This document shows, in pieces, positions 28,801 through 41,400 of a stretch of 64,000 bases of DNA. Each line of letters begins with the position of its first letter. Position 1 is the stretch's first letter. The stretch is taken from NCBI RefSeq assembly GCF_036321535.1, contig NC_087447.1, positions 49,664,001 to 49,728,000 of the forward strand, given 5' to 3'. This stretch comes from Camelus dromedarius (lineage: Eukaryota). The position numbers and the translations under genes were made by a program. The notes under the pieces are model-generated. The model had not been told where the DNA came from, did no database searches, and worked only from the letters and a program-made list of their open reading frames with translations.

Positions 28801-31800
28801 GATGGACAGTGGGGATGATTACACAACGATGTGAATGAATTTAATGCCTCTGAACCGTACACTTAAAAGTGGTTCAGATGATAAAGTTTATGCTATGTAT
28901 TTTTTACCACCATAAAATTTAAAAAAACAAAACAGAGTGCCCCAAACATAACGCTGGAAGTCAGTTCCATGAGGGCAGGAATTTCTGTCTGTTGTTCACG
29001 GCTGCACCACCAGCACCGGGCACATCTTAGGTGCTCTGTGTACAGTGAACATCTGTGAGCCCCAACCTCCTTCATTTGGCTTATGAATATTATCACTGTT
29101 CAGACTGAGTCAAAATTCTCCTCCTTTTAGGTGCCAGCCAGCAATGACAGGCCAGTCTACCCTACTCTCAAATGGAACACAAGTGGAAATTAACCCTCTT
29201 TAAGATTTTGAGTGCATGGTGTGAAATGGAGTGAATGGGATGGGGAGGGAGCAATGTTCTCTGAGAATGAGGCTCCATTGGCATCAGATTAGGTTCAGCC
29301 CCAAAGACCCCTGACCCTGAGCTGAAGCTGGGATTAGCCTGTAATGGGAACTAGGAATCGTAGGTCAGAAGGGAATTCCTCACTGGGGCCTGGTCCTAGC
29401 CCTGCTGCACCCCTGACCCACGGGCCAGGCAGCGGTTGGCCTCCTCCTCCTCCCTCCTTCAGCAGGAAAGAGCATGGCAGGCAGAGGAATAGACTGGGCA
29501 AAAGCTAAGAGATTAAAGGAACTCCGTGTTTCATAAGAAGTAGCTCCTGTGGCCGGGGTGCAGGGTACGTGGAGGCCAGAGAGGCTGGAGCAGGAGGGGA
29601 TATGGGCCAGCCATGGGGAGCCTAAAAGCCAGGCTGAGCTGCTTGGGCTGTGCCTCAACGTTATGAGAAAGCCATGAGAGACTTTAATTAGAGGGGAGAT
29701 AGGACCAGATTTATCTTTGAAAGAAGGGCAGAGAGTGGACAGAAAGAGGGCTGGGCAGAAAGAATGTCTCTGTCTTCTCTGAGGTCCCAAAGGATGGAAA
29801 CTAGAAGCAGTTCATCCAGTGACTTCCCCACCAGGCATTTACTGAGCACCTGGTGAGTGCAGACTGCTTTACTGGACAGAGAGGGAGGCAGAGGGGGAAG
29901 AGCAGAGTGAATGAGGCAGCCTGGTACAGTGGGGAAAAGGGGCCTCAAACCCATGCTCCCAGTGTGACACGGGGTGGACCACATTCCCTCCTTCTTGAAG
30001 GCACAGGTGGTGAACCTCTTCCTCCTGGAGGCGGGGCTGGACAGGACGGTGCTGCTGGTGCCAGGCAGAGGGGGAGGGTTCCTTCCTTTACACCTTTGAC
30101 CACTTACGGCTCTTGTTTCCCTCCTCAGCTGAGATCTGCATTGTGGTCTTCATAGGCCTCCTGTTCACAAGATTCTGGTTCTTCAGTGTCCTATATGCGG
30201 CCTGGTGGTCCCTGGACCGAGACAAGCCATGGCAGGGGGGCAGGCGCATCGAGGCCTTAAGACGCTGGGTCGTGTGGAAGTACATGAAGGACTATTTCCC
30301 CATCTCAGTGAGTAATGGGGCTGGCTGAGGGTGGCCAGGACTATAGTGCCCCATGGGGAAGTGCCAGCATGTGTGCAGTAAGCAGAGTACTGGGCTGGGA
30401 GGCAGGAACCAGGCTTCCACTGTTGCAGAAAAGTGTGTGACAGCTCAGTTGTGACAGCAACCTGCATCTGGGTGAGAGACCAAGTAGCACTCGGAGACTT
30501 GGAGAACTCAGGTTTATAACACCAGCAGGCCCAGAGGAGTTAACACTCTAAGCTCTGGACCCTGGCTGTAGGTTTACACAGGCTTTTACAGGCTGCCAGT
30601 TTACACTTTGCAACATCATATGCAAATAAGGTATAACAAAAGTTGACTAATTAGGAAAAAGCTTCGTAGAAATGGACCAATCAGGAGGGAGAGAAATAAC
30701 CAATCAGGAGTGAGCTCCATGCAAATAAAATACTACAAATGGGCCAATCAAGAGTGAGCTCAGGGAACCAATAGAATTTTAGGGGTAAGTTCCACTTTCC
30801 TAGAAGTAAGGCCTTTCAGAGGCAAAAAGTGAGATAGAGCTGCTGGGCCAGGGTACCGGATGGTGCTGGCAGTAGAGTTAGTGGCCCTGCCTGGGGGTCC
30901 TGCCAGTCTTTTTTATGCGGCTTCCCACCTCACCACCATTATGTAGCCTGGGGACCAGTCCAACTTGTCTGGTCATGATTTTCCATCTGCAAGAATGTGG
31001 GGCCATCATGAGGCCTGATGAATGAACTGGATTTGAAGGAGCTCTGTGGGCCATAGAATGTGGCACACATACATTTGTATACAGGTGTAAACCACTCAGC
31101 AGCCATGCTTGGGGGTGCAGGTATTAAAGTCATGTCCAGAGACCATCTAGCCCTATACTTCATAAGATGAGGAGACTAACCCTCAGAGAGGGATAAAGAT
31201 GTGATCAAGGTCACACAGTAAGTTCTTTTACTGGTTTTAAAGTTTATACATTAAGTCTGTTTAAAGGGCAGTTGAGAGGGCCTTGACCTGTTTCTCAAGT
31301 TCTGTATCCTGCCCCTAACTCTGGTATGTTATGCATCCTTGGACAAGGCCTTGCCCCACTTTGAATGTCAGTTTCCCCATGCATCCCATGAGCACACTGA
31401 TCCCTCCTACTCTGAGTGCCTTTGAATCTCTGACTCTCTGACTCAGGGCAGCTCATGGCCATTTTAGAGAATTTACCCTGAACCCAAAGTTCAGTCCTTA
31501 GTGGAACAGAATCCCTGATTTGAATGACTGATCTTTCAGCTCCTTTCCTATATCATAGACAGACCCTTTGATGTGAACAGCTGGACAGGGATGGTTTATT
31601 GACCAGATAGGAAGGGGAAGGCAATGGAGACACAGAGAGGTGCCAGACATGGGCAGTGGCCCTCCTCTGGAAACAAGACAGAAACCTGTATAGAGTCTGG
31701 TTTCTGGAACTAGACAGACTAGATTCTAATACCAGTTCTTCAACAGATCAGCTGTGTGACCTTGGGTGAGTTATACAGTGTCTCTGAACCTCAGTTGTCC

Positions 31801-34800
31801 CACAGGTAAAGTGGTGATGATGCCACATACATTATTGGATTGTGTGGATTCAATGAGACAGCAGGTAAAGTACCTTGTAGGTTCTCAGTAAACTAATAGC
31901 TACTGTTATTTTACTGGATCACTGGGGACTCTGGGGAGACTTGGGCATGGCTGTGGGTCTGGGAGGACTCTGATTGCCAAGAGTCTTGCTGCTCTGACTT
32001 TCAAACTTGCATGGCCTCTCCCACCCCATCTTGGAGCCCCAAGTCTTCCTGGCCCTCCAGGAATTAGGTCCCCAGCTGGTTAAGGGATAGGGAGTGGAGG
32101 AGGCAGACTCAGAGAGGGCTAATAGCCTGACCAAGTCACGGGGACTCAGCAGCAGAGTCAGAGCTCCTGCCTTGCTCCCTTCTGAGAGTCCCGGGACCCA
32201 GCAAGGACTAGCAATGCTGGGCAACAACTGATGTGCAGGAGCCGTTAGCACACAGTGAGTGGGGCCTCCTGGCCAAAGGGCAAGGGTGGGATGGGGCGGG
32301 GCAGCAGGAAGTTGACTAGCAGAGGCTCCCATCTCATGAGGGGTGATGGGTGTTGCTGAGCTAATCTGAAGGACCCAGGTAGAGACCCTCTTCCCTGCTC
32401 CCCATGTCTGCTTCCTCTACAGGGTGTCCTCCCAGGACCTTGTCAGCAGAGACAAGCAGTGCTTGCTGGGTCCCGAGAGGAGCCATGGGCATGTCACAGG
32501 CAGAGGCCCTCATCTTTAGCTCAGGACTTCTGAACTTTGAGATTCTAAATTCCCTTCCTTCCCTCTCCTCCTCCCAGGCCAAGGCTGCCTCTTTTGTGCC
32601 ATGACCCTGTCACCCACACTTGCAGGCATCACTAGGGACTTCGTGCCCTTCTCCCAGCCCCCACCTCCCAGTACACTGGGGTCTCTTAGTCTGAGTCACT
32701 GGACCTCGGGAAGCCAGCCCCCTACCCAGGACAGAACTCCAGCTGACACAGCCCTCGGACAGATGCTCACTTCCTCCTGCTGTGGCTCCTTCATTATGGG
32801 AGGGTCTGCCTGTGACAGGTCTTTCTGCAGAAGGGGCAGGGCGGGTCTCCCGTCACCTCCCAGGAGTCCTACCTCTGCCTTGGGCAGGGCTTCCTCCTGA
32901 GGCAGCTGCATTAACCTCATCCATTCACGAGTCCATTCTTTCCTTCCTTCATTCCCTGGTCCTTCCAGAGCGTCTCCTCTGTTCCAGGCCTGCACTGGGA
33001 CCAGGGATGCCTCAGACAGGTGGTCTCTACTCCCATGGCCCTCACATGATGGCCTGATATCGCTTGGGCACAGGGATATCTAGAAGAGGCAGCACAGAAA
33101 GGCAGCAGTGAGACCACATCTGGGAAGCAAAGACCTGGCCTCACAGAACAGTGGTGGTCCCATCAGTGTGCACGCTGGACCCGCACATGTAGATGCAGGT
33201 GCAAATATTGGCACACCTGCCTAGGCATGGACCCTCTCACTCACCAGGATATTTTTCTATATACAAATGCTTCTTTATTAAGGGATAATCATTCCCGCAC
33301 TCATTTTTTCCATTTATTTTATTCATTTCATTCATTTATTCATTCACTGTTCATTTAAAATAGGTGATACATTCTTGTTCAAAATTCAAAAAGGACAAGA
33401 GAATGTAGTGAAATGTCCCTGTCCCACTTCACCACCCGTCTCCCCAGTTCCTTCCCTAGAGGCAACGGTGATGACCAGTGTTTGCTGAACTGCATAGCAG
33501 TTCATGTATGTTCCCCTCTGGGCACAGCTGGTGACATTCTGCATGCATTGTCTTGCCCCTGCTTTTTCCCCTGACGAGTGGTCGGGGCTGTCTTCCCCCG
33601 CCAGGACATGGAGGGCTGCTTGTATGTCCTTATGGCTACACAGTGTCCATGATATGTCTAAATGGGCCCAGTTGATGGACATTTGAACGGATGCCAAGTT
33701 TTTTTTCATATGCATTCTTTTATATTGAATTATAGTCAGTTTACAATGTTGGGTAAATTTCTGGTACACAGCATAATGTTTCAATTATACATATACATAC
33801 ATATATTCCTTTTCATATTCTTTTTCATTATAGGTTACTATAAGATATTGAATATAGTTCCCTGTGCTATACAGTAGAAACTTGTTGTTTATTTTATATA
33901 TAGTAGTTAGTATCGGCAAATCTCAAAGTCCCAATTTATCCCTTCCCATCCCCTTGCCCCCTGGTAACCATAAGTTTGTTCTCTAGGTCTGTGAGTCTGT
34001 TTCTGTTTTGTGAATAAGTTCTTTTGTGTCTTCTGGGTTTTTTTCTAACATTCCACATATAAGCGATATCATATAGCATTTTTCTTTCTTTTTCTGGCTT
34101 AGTCACTTGGAATGACAATCTCCAGGTCCATCCATGTTGCTGTAAATGGCATTATTTTATTCTTTTTTATGGCTGAGCAGTATTGTATTATATATATATA
34201 CTACAACTTCTTTATCTGTCATCTGTTGATGGACATTTAGGTTGCTTCCATGTCTTGGCTATTGTAAATAGTGCTGCTGTGAACACTGGGGTGCAGGTGT
34301 CTTTTCGAATTATAGTTTTCTCCAGATATATGCGCAGGAGTGGGATTGATGGATCATATGGTAAGTCTGTTTTTAATTTTTTAAGAAACTTTCATACTGT
34401 CCTCCATACTGGCTGTACCAATTTTCATTCCCACCAACAGTGTAGGAGGGTTCCCTTTTCTCCACACCCTCTGCAGTATTCATTATTTGTAGAATTTTTA
34501 ATGATGGCCGTTCTCACTCATGTGAAGTGGTACCTCATTGTAGTTTTGATTTGCATTTCTCTAACAGTTAGTGATGTTATGCCTGTTGGCCATCTGGATG
34601 TCTTCTTTGGAGAAATATTTAGGACTTCTGCCTGCCAAATTTTGATATTATCAAAAGAGACACTCTGTTAATAATCTTGTCCAATATCATTTTGCACAAA
34701 TGTGAGAAATTCAGTAGCTGAATGCCTCAGTGGTGCAGTGGCAGGGTTAAAAGATCAGGTACATTTTCCAATTGTGATAGATACTGTCTTGTTGCCTTTA

Positions 34801-37800
34801 TGGCAATTGTACAAAATTACCTTCCCATTAGCTGAGAAAGGGAATTCATAAGCAAGTGCTTCCGTGCAGGGAGCCAGATATGTTTTTAAAGAAACATATT
34901 CCTGAAGAAGCAGCTTTCCCAATGAGAATAACCCGAAATCTCTCTGCTTGTTCTCATTTTCATAGCCAGTAAGTTCCTGCTGCATGAGTGGAAGAGGACT
35001 CTCTTCATCTGGGAGGCAATGGTCCCCCCACCTATAGTCCCCGCAGCCTTTCTACAAAGGGTCAACGGGTCACCAGAGGGTATACCGGGAGGTGGGGGTC
35101 TGCAGAGACCAAGTCTAGGTCAAGGACAGGACTGTCTGAGGCTCTTCAGCCTGGGTAGGGCAAACAGGCTCCGACTCCCATTACTGTCCCTTGGGTCCCA
35201 CCAGGCTACTCTGAGGGTGGGCAGCCAGGCCCCTGAGCTGAGCCAGAGTGGAAAGAGTGCCCCAACCAGTTTTTCTTACTTGGGGTTTTGTTTAAATGGG
35301 GCTCTTTGGGCGTGGTGGCGCCCCCGGGTGGCCCTTGATGGTATACAAACCCTATCCATTACAAATCAATGTAACTATTATGATTACCCTGTCCTGTAGT
35401 CTAGGTAATTCCAGGGCACTGTCGGACCTGAGATTCTCAGCAGTCCTGGGAGGTAGGTGGGACAGGACCAAAAGTCCCCAATTGATAAATGAAAAGCCAG
35501 GGAGGGAAGTGATTTGAATGAAGCCAGCACAAGTCTGAGACACCTGGCACCATGGTCTCACTGGGTGTATTCGCACCCTATATCTCCATCATCATAAGAA
35601 CCTGAGGCTCAGAGAGGGCCAGCAACTTGCCCAAGGTCACAATGGTGAGTGGCAGAGTAAGGGTAAGCATGAGGTCCAGCCCAGATTCACCAGATTGCTG
35701 TCCCTACAGCTGGTCAAGACCGCTGAGCTGGACCCCTCCCAGAACTACCTTGCTGGCTTCCACCCCCATGGGATCCTGGCGATCGGAGCTTTTATCAATC
35801 TGTGCACTGAGAGCACCGGCTTTTCCTCGCTGTTCCCTGGCATTCGCCCCCATCTGATGATGCTGAATTTGTGGTTCAGGGCCCCCTTCTTCAGGGATTA
35901 CATCATGTCAGGGGGTGAGTCTTCCCAACCCTGAGTAGCCCAGGAAGATGACTCAGTCCCAGTCCTCAGAGACCTCCCAGCTGAGGAAGGGAATGAAGAC
36001 CAGGACACACCCTCCCCCATAGCCCCTGCCCCCTAACCCCATACCTGACCACCTTCCTCTCTCCCCAGGGCTCATCTCATCAGACAAGGAGAGTGGTGCT
36101 CACATTCTGAGCAGGAAGGGAGGCGGCAATCTGCTGGGTGTCATTGTAGGGGGTGCCCAGGAGGCACTGAATGCCAGACCCGGATCCAACATGCTGTTGC
36201 TGCGGAACCGCAAGGGCTTCATCAGACTTGCCCTGATGCACGGGTATTGGGTAGAGGGCTCTCAGTGCACCTGGAGAGTGACAAGTGCTGCTTTTAGTTG
36301 GGAAGGCAGCAGACACTAATACAGAGTGTATTTTGGCGGGATATTGCCAATTGATTCACAGTGAGGATTATAACTTGGCAAGAGCTGTACTATCTTGTGA
36401 CCAAATACTCAGAAAAGAATCAGAAGGGAGAGTTGGTGATCAAAGGGACTAGGTGTGAGGGGTCATATTCCCCAGAGCTGGCATTAGATCTGAAACTTAC
36501 CCGATCTGGGAGAGTGGAGTTTGGGGCAGAGCTTAGACTTATTCCTCTACCTTGAAGCACCTTTGACGAATACAAGGTAGTAAGGGGAGGAGAAGTTTTT
36601 CTGGGAAGACTACAAAACTTTTACATCTGGGAGGACCCTCTGAAGCATTCTGGTCTGCCTGTCATGGTACAAGTGGGAGGTGGTGGCCCTGAGAAGAGCC
36701 AGGACCTGCCCACAGTCACAAAGGGAGGCCATGGCAGGACTGGGAGACACGCGGGGCCTCCCACTTCCAGCCCAGGGCTCTGTGCTCTGCTTGCAGGAAG
36801 CTAGGGGACCGGCTGGCAATTCCCACATGCCCTCTCCTGTCTCCCTCCAGGGCATCTCTGGTGCCAGTCTTCTCCTTTGGGGACAATGACCTATTTGACC
36901 AGTATGAGAACTCTCCTGGCTCCTGGTTGCGCTGGATTCAGAATCGACTACAGAAGATCATGGGAGTCTCCTTCCCGCTCTTCCATGGCCGTGGTGTCTT
37001 CCAGTACAGCTTTGGTCTTCTGCCCTACCGCCGGCCCATCACCACTGTGGGTGAGCCAAGACCCGGGCCGGAGCGGGTAGGCTACAGGGCAAGGGGCCTG
37101 GGCTGTGTGCTGCAAGGGGCTTTGGACGTGGGCCAGGCACATCCTTGCCCTCGTGGAGCTCACATCTACACTGGGAAACAGACACACAGGCAGAGGACCC
37201 GGATGTAAGGCATCTGGGATGGGAACTGTTTACAGACGCACAAAGGACAAGTCACTACTGATGACTGAGCACCTGCTGTGTACCAGGCACTGCACTGGCT
37301 CCCTTACACGTAGCAACTCAGTTATCCCAACAACCACAGAGACGGGGCCTATCGTCCCCATTTCATGGATGGTAAACTGAGACTCAGAAAAGTTAAATAA
37401 CTCCCAAAGGATCACACTACCCGAGAGTAACAGAGGTGAGGTTTGAATCAGGGTCTGTGTGACTTTTTATTATGCCACAGAAGGAGGGTTTAATTCTGAC
37501 CCAGAGGAGCTAATAAGGCTTATCGGAGAAGGCAGATACAAGGGAAGGGCATTTTAGGTCTGTTAGAATTGTGTGTAAAGTAGCACCGACAGGCCTTCAA
37601 TTAGAGCCTGAGGGATTTTCCTGTGACTAATGAGCAGGGACTTCATGTGTGGACGGGGCACCATGTACAGCAGCTGTTTGGGCATCTTCTTTGCTTTCTT
37701 CCTGGATTCCAACTAGGTTCCTCTGGCAAAGCTTGTAGGGTTGGGTCTGTTCATCTCCAACCACCCAGTCCATACTTGGTTGAGTACTGACTTGGTCAGC

Positions 37801-38611
37801 CCCCTACACCAGAACTTTCCCTGGGTTGTGTGGCAGTGTTTTCATGAATGTTCACACTGCTGCTGCCTCCAGAGCCATTGCCAAGAGCAGAAGGCAGGGC
37901 AGCTGAGCCCGGGACACCCAGAGGAGGGAGGAAGATAGGGGGTGAGCATGGAGGGGGAGGCGGGGAGAAGAGCTGCTTGGGCTGTGGGCCCGCCTCCTCC
38001 CAGAGATCCAGGCACCTCTAATCACGGCATCTGAGCGCCCAGAACCCGAGGTCCTGGAGGTTGAGGGCACATCTCCAGGGTTTAAAACCTGGCACTGATT
38101 CTTCCTGGCTGCGTGACCGTGAACTAGTTACTTAACCTACCTGAGCCTTATTGCCTCCCCTACAGACGGGAATAGTAGCAGGTTCTGTCCCCACAGGATT
38201 GTTAGGAGGATTGAAGGCGTTAGTCGTGTAAAGCACCTAGCATGTTCCCTGACAGGAGGCAATGCCAGCTGGGGGTGTTATTATTTCACAATCTTGCAGT
38301 TGTCCTAACATCTTGGGTGCATCACCAAAAACTGAATTGAAAGGGAGGCAGTAAGGGTACTGTCCTATAGGTATGGCCACAGGCCACACCTGCCCCAAGG
38401 GCTCCAGGACTCCGGTGGTTCCCGCTCTGGGCCACCACCCACCTCGTGTCTTGCAGTGGGGACGCCCATCGAGGTGCAGAAGACACCGCACCCCTCGCAG
38501 GAGGAGGTGGACAGGCTGCACCAGCGCTACCTCCAGGAGCTGAGCAACCTCTTCGAAGCCCACAAGCTCAAGTACAACGTCCCCATCGACCAACACTTGG
38601 AGTTCTGCTGA
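25725..38611 (+). CDS. MOGAT2: 2-acylglycerol O-acyltransferase 2 (MGAT2), copy A, complete; join 25725-25815, 30129-30307, 35710-35914, 36069-36243, 36851-37050, 38457-38611
   Basis: Exons of 91+179+205+175+200+155 = 1005 nt give 334 aa plus TGA, with compatible phases and GT-AG introns. DGAT2-family motifs [26 protein letters not shown] and LVPVFSFG are present, and the C-terminus is QHLEFC. Its position next to MAP6 matches the known MAP6-MOGAT2-DGAT2 order. Confidence 0.95.
28466..28930 (+). mobile_element. LINE-1 3' end (L1M-type) in copy A intron 1
   Basis: gtggaagcaacccaagtgtcca...atggatgaaccttgaggaca...ataagccagtcacaaaagacaaatactgt..., ending in an A-rich tail. Confidence 0.75.
30129..30307 (+). 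CDS. MOGAT2: MOGAT2 copy A exon 2
   Basis: Acceptor ctcctcag|CT; (A)[16 protein letters not shown]...[11 protein letters not shown]; donor TCA|gtgagt. Confidence 0.95.
30421..30932 (-). mobile_element. Solo LTR (ERV1-like) in copy A intron 2
   Basis: TG...CA termini and a perfect 4-bp target duplication CCAC. The empty site is visible in copy B (about 62899-62902). TATA-like and polyA-like motifs read on the minus strand. Confidence 0.9.
31700..31910 (+). mobile_element. MIR SINE
   Basis: cagctgtgtgaccttgggtgagttatacagtgtctctgaacctcagtt..., a MIR core. Confidence 0.65.
33700..34632 (-). mobile_element. Relatively young 5'-truncated LINE-1 3' end in copy A intron 2
   Basis: T-rich left end followed by antisense L1 3'UTR and ORF2 end (gatggacatttaggttgcttccatgtcttggctattgtaaatagtgctgc; cattcccaccaacagtgtaggagggttcccttttctccacaccctc). 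Flanks both read tgccaaRttt. Confidence 0.85.
35710..35914 (+). CDS. MOGAT2: MOGAT2 copy A exon 3 (HPHG motif)
   Basis: Acceptor ccctacag|[26 protein letters not shown]...FRDYIMSG; donor G|gtgagt. Confidence 0.95.
36069..36243 (+). CDS. MOGAT2: MOGAT2 copy A exon 4 (not in the ORF track)
   Basis: Acceptor ctccccag|GG; hand translation gives (G)[57 protein letters not shown](G); donor GG|gtattg. Confidence 0.93.
36851..37050 (+). CDS. MOGAT2: MOGAT2 copy A exon 5
   Basis: Acceptor ccctccag|[18 protein letters not shown]...[23 protein letters not shown]; donor G|gtgagc. Confidence 0.95.
38457..38611 (+). CDS. MOGAT2: MOGAT2 copy A exon 6 (last coding exon)
   Basis: Acceptor tcttgcag|TG; (V)[50 protein letters not shown], then TGA at 38609-38611. 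Confidence 0.95.
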
Positions 38612-40849
38612 GCGCCTCCCCACAGGGGGGCCGCCCTGAGGGGCAGAGCTGGCACTAGGGAGCAGAGAGGGAGGGGCTGTGATCCCAGAAGGCTTCCTGG
38701 AGGTGTATGTCGAACCCATCTCCAGAGCCTTCACTGACTCCTGCAATTCCAACGCACGCCAGGCCCCGAGTCACAGCTGACAACGTGGCGGAGGAGACCT
38801 GACTCTGACATCAGTGATGTGCCCTCGTGCTGTGACTCCTCTGCAAGGGGCTCTCTCCTTGGTCTGTGCATCTAGAGACGGGAGAGCTGCTGGGGTCTCT
38901 GTGCTTCTGGTCCTGTCACTCGATGAGCAGGACAAAGAGCAGCAATCGATTAGCAGGTTTTTCTTCCTCTGCCTTGATGACAGAACAAAAGAAGCCACCA
39001 GCTCCAGCTTTCTCCTACCAGCTCCCTCACCCTGTATTCTGCCCGTCCCAGCTCCCCCTCCCTGAGCTGGAGAGGAGGGTGTGCTCATGAAGCCCCCGCA
39101 CTCCCCTGGGTGACTTTGAGTTTCGGAGTCCTCTGAGCCCTGGGACCGGCCGCCAGAGGTGCCTGGAAGGTGGGTAAGAAGAACTGTGCTGTGTCTGTGG
39201 CTGAATGATGTGGACAGACCTCTTCGCCCTCCCTCTGAGCGTCAGTTTCCCCGACTGACTAAGATGACCTGAGTCTCAGTTCTGACTTCACATGGGTTGA
39301 GAACTCCATGAGGCAGCTCCTCCTCATCCTTTGTTGTTTCATTCCCTGACTTTGCACAGAAAAGGACCTCGATAAATGTCAGTTCAACAAATGAAACAAT
39401 TCGATTTCAGTCTTCTTCTCTTCCTCTCCACCCCTAAGTAGGAAGGCTGGTCTAATACTTACCTTGAACCCCAGCCTGGCCCTGCATCCCTGTCTCCCTT
39501 TCCCAGATGGTGAATCAGATGGGCAGAGAACGGCATGTTGCTTCTTTCCTCCTGACCCATTAACTGGAACTTACCACCTCTGCCCTGTCCTGTAGGAGAG
39601 AAAGGGGAGGATATGTGAAGACACAGGGCAGATCAGCACAGAGAACGAAGACCAGACATGAGGAGTGTATGGTTCTATGTGTCTCAGGGTGGGGAGATGG
39701 GGACAGGTGCCCTGATGAGAAGAATTCTGGGATCCTGGGTCTGAGACGTGTTATTAGTGAAGGGACAGGATGACTGGGTCCGACCACTACTGTGAATGCC
39801 CCTCACCTCCAGTGGGAAAGTGAGATCTCTTCCCTCCAGGAGAGATCCCAGCTATAACTACCAGTGGGGGCAATTTTGAGAGTCTATTCTGGGTTCAAGC
39901 CAAGTTCACTCCATTTCAGTGATCCTGGGCAAGTTATTACATCACCTCCAAACCTGAGTTTTGTCATTGGAGAAATAAGGATCACAATATCTAGCTCAGG
40001 TTTTGTGAGTAAAATAGACAATATCATGAGATAATCAGCCCATCTACATCCAGTCTGGAATGGGCGGCTGAGGGGGTGGTGGTATGAGTAATTAAGTCAG
40101 GTCATAAATGTGTCCAGCGTCTTATGAAGGCCGGTTATTACCCTATGGGACAGTGTGCTGTAGGCTCACAAGAGAGGTGGGAATAAAGAGTGGCGGTGTT
40201 CAGAGAAGGAGTGATGATTTCCAACCCCAGAAGAATGGAGGATGTGGCAGGAGGGCAGTCCCTGCAGGAAGGGCAACAGTTGCCGAGGAGAGAAGTACCT
40301 GCCCGTTGTGTTTTCTATTGCTGGGCGATGAACCACTGCAGACCTTCATGGCTGAGACACTGAGGATTAATTACGTCCACACTTCTGTGGGTTGGCTGGG
40401 TGGTTCTTCTCGGCCTATCCTGCTCTCACACATGCTGCGTCCCGGGATGTGCTGATCCCTTTCCCTGGATGCTCTTTCTCTTGGACCTGGTCAAACAAAG
40501 GATGTCCACCTCCTTTGTCAAACTTCAGCACACCCCAGCCACCCTCAACCCTGCTCTCCTGCCCCACTGGCCTGAATCACACTTGAGTACCCCTTTGGTG
40601 GGCTAGCTTGGGGATGAAAGGGCCGTGGCCATTAGGGTGAGTGGACTCCTAAGTCCCAAGGGCCTGGGAACCCTGAGGCCCAGACCACATCCTTGTGCCC
40701 CCAGCCCCCACACAGGGCCTGGCGCCTCAGCCTCCCCAGTGACGTAAGGAGTTGCAGCAATGGCTCTCACATGGCACCTCCTCTCCGGGCAGACATGCTG
40801 GGCCTGGGCAGAGGTGACAGGAGAGACTGGGACTTCCCTTCAGGTGATT

Positions 40850-41400
40850 TGATTGGTTCTCTGTTGCTCTGGAGCAAATTCTCCAAAACTTAGCTACTTT
40901 AAACTGCTGACATTTACTGTCTCACAGTATCTGAGGGTCAGGATCTGGGAGTGGCTGTGCTGAGGGTTGGAGCCCAGGCGTCTCAGGAGGAGGCAGCCAA
41001 AGTGTCGCCGGGGCTACGTCTCAGAGCCTTGAGTGGAGCTGGAGGCTCTGCTCCCAAGCTCACCCACCAAGCAGCTGGCAGAAGACTTTGAACTCCCACA
41101 TGTGGACCTCTCCACATGGGTACCAATTGCCAATGACGTAGCTTATCCCAGAATAGGTGAATCATGAGGGAGGGAGAGAGAGAGAGAGAGAGAGCAAGAG
41201 AGACAGACAGACAGATAGGGACAGAAAGATAGAAAGAGAGACAGAAAAGCCACACTGCCTTCTCTGACCTAGCCTCTGAGTCACTGACCATCGATTCTGC
41301 CTCCTTATCCTATGGGTTTGATGCTAGACACTAAGTCCAGCCCATACTCCATACGAGGGTGTGATACCAGGAGGCGAGATGACTGGGGGCCTTTAGGCCA
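40850..41400 (-). mobile_element. MLT1-type MaLR LTR with an internal GA-rich microsatellite
   Basis: caaattctccaaaacttagctactttaaac...tctcacagtatctgagggtcagga...gccacactgccttctctgacctagcctctga; by-eye resemblance. Confidence 0.6.

Noticed and set aside
29380..29790. 136-aa minus-strand ORF nearly identical to 61862-62272
   Set aside because: The conservation comes from DNA-level identity of the whole intronic tract, not from coding constraint.
40182..40187. AATAAA as the MOGAT2 copy A polyadenylation signal (another at 42792-42797)
   Set aside because: The true 3' end cannot be chosen without transcript data.
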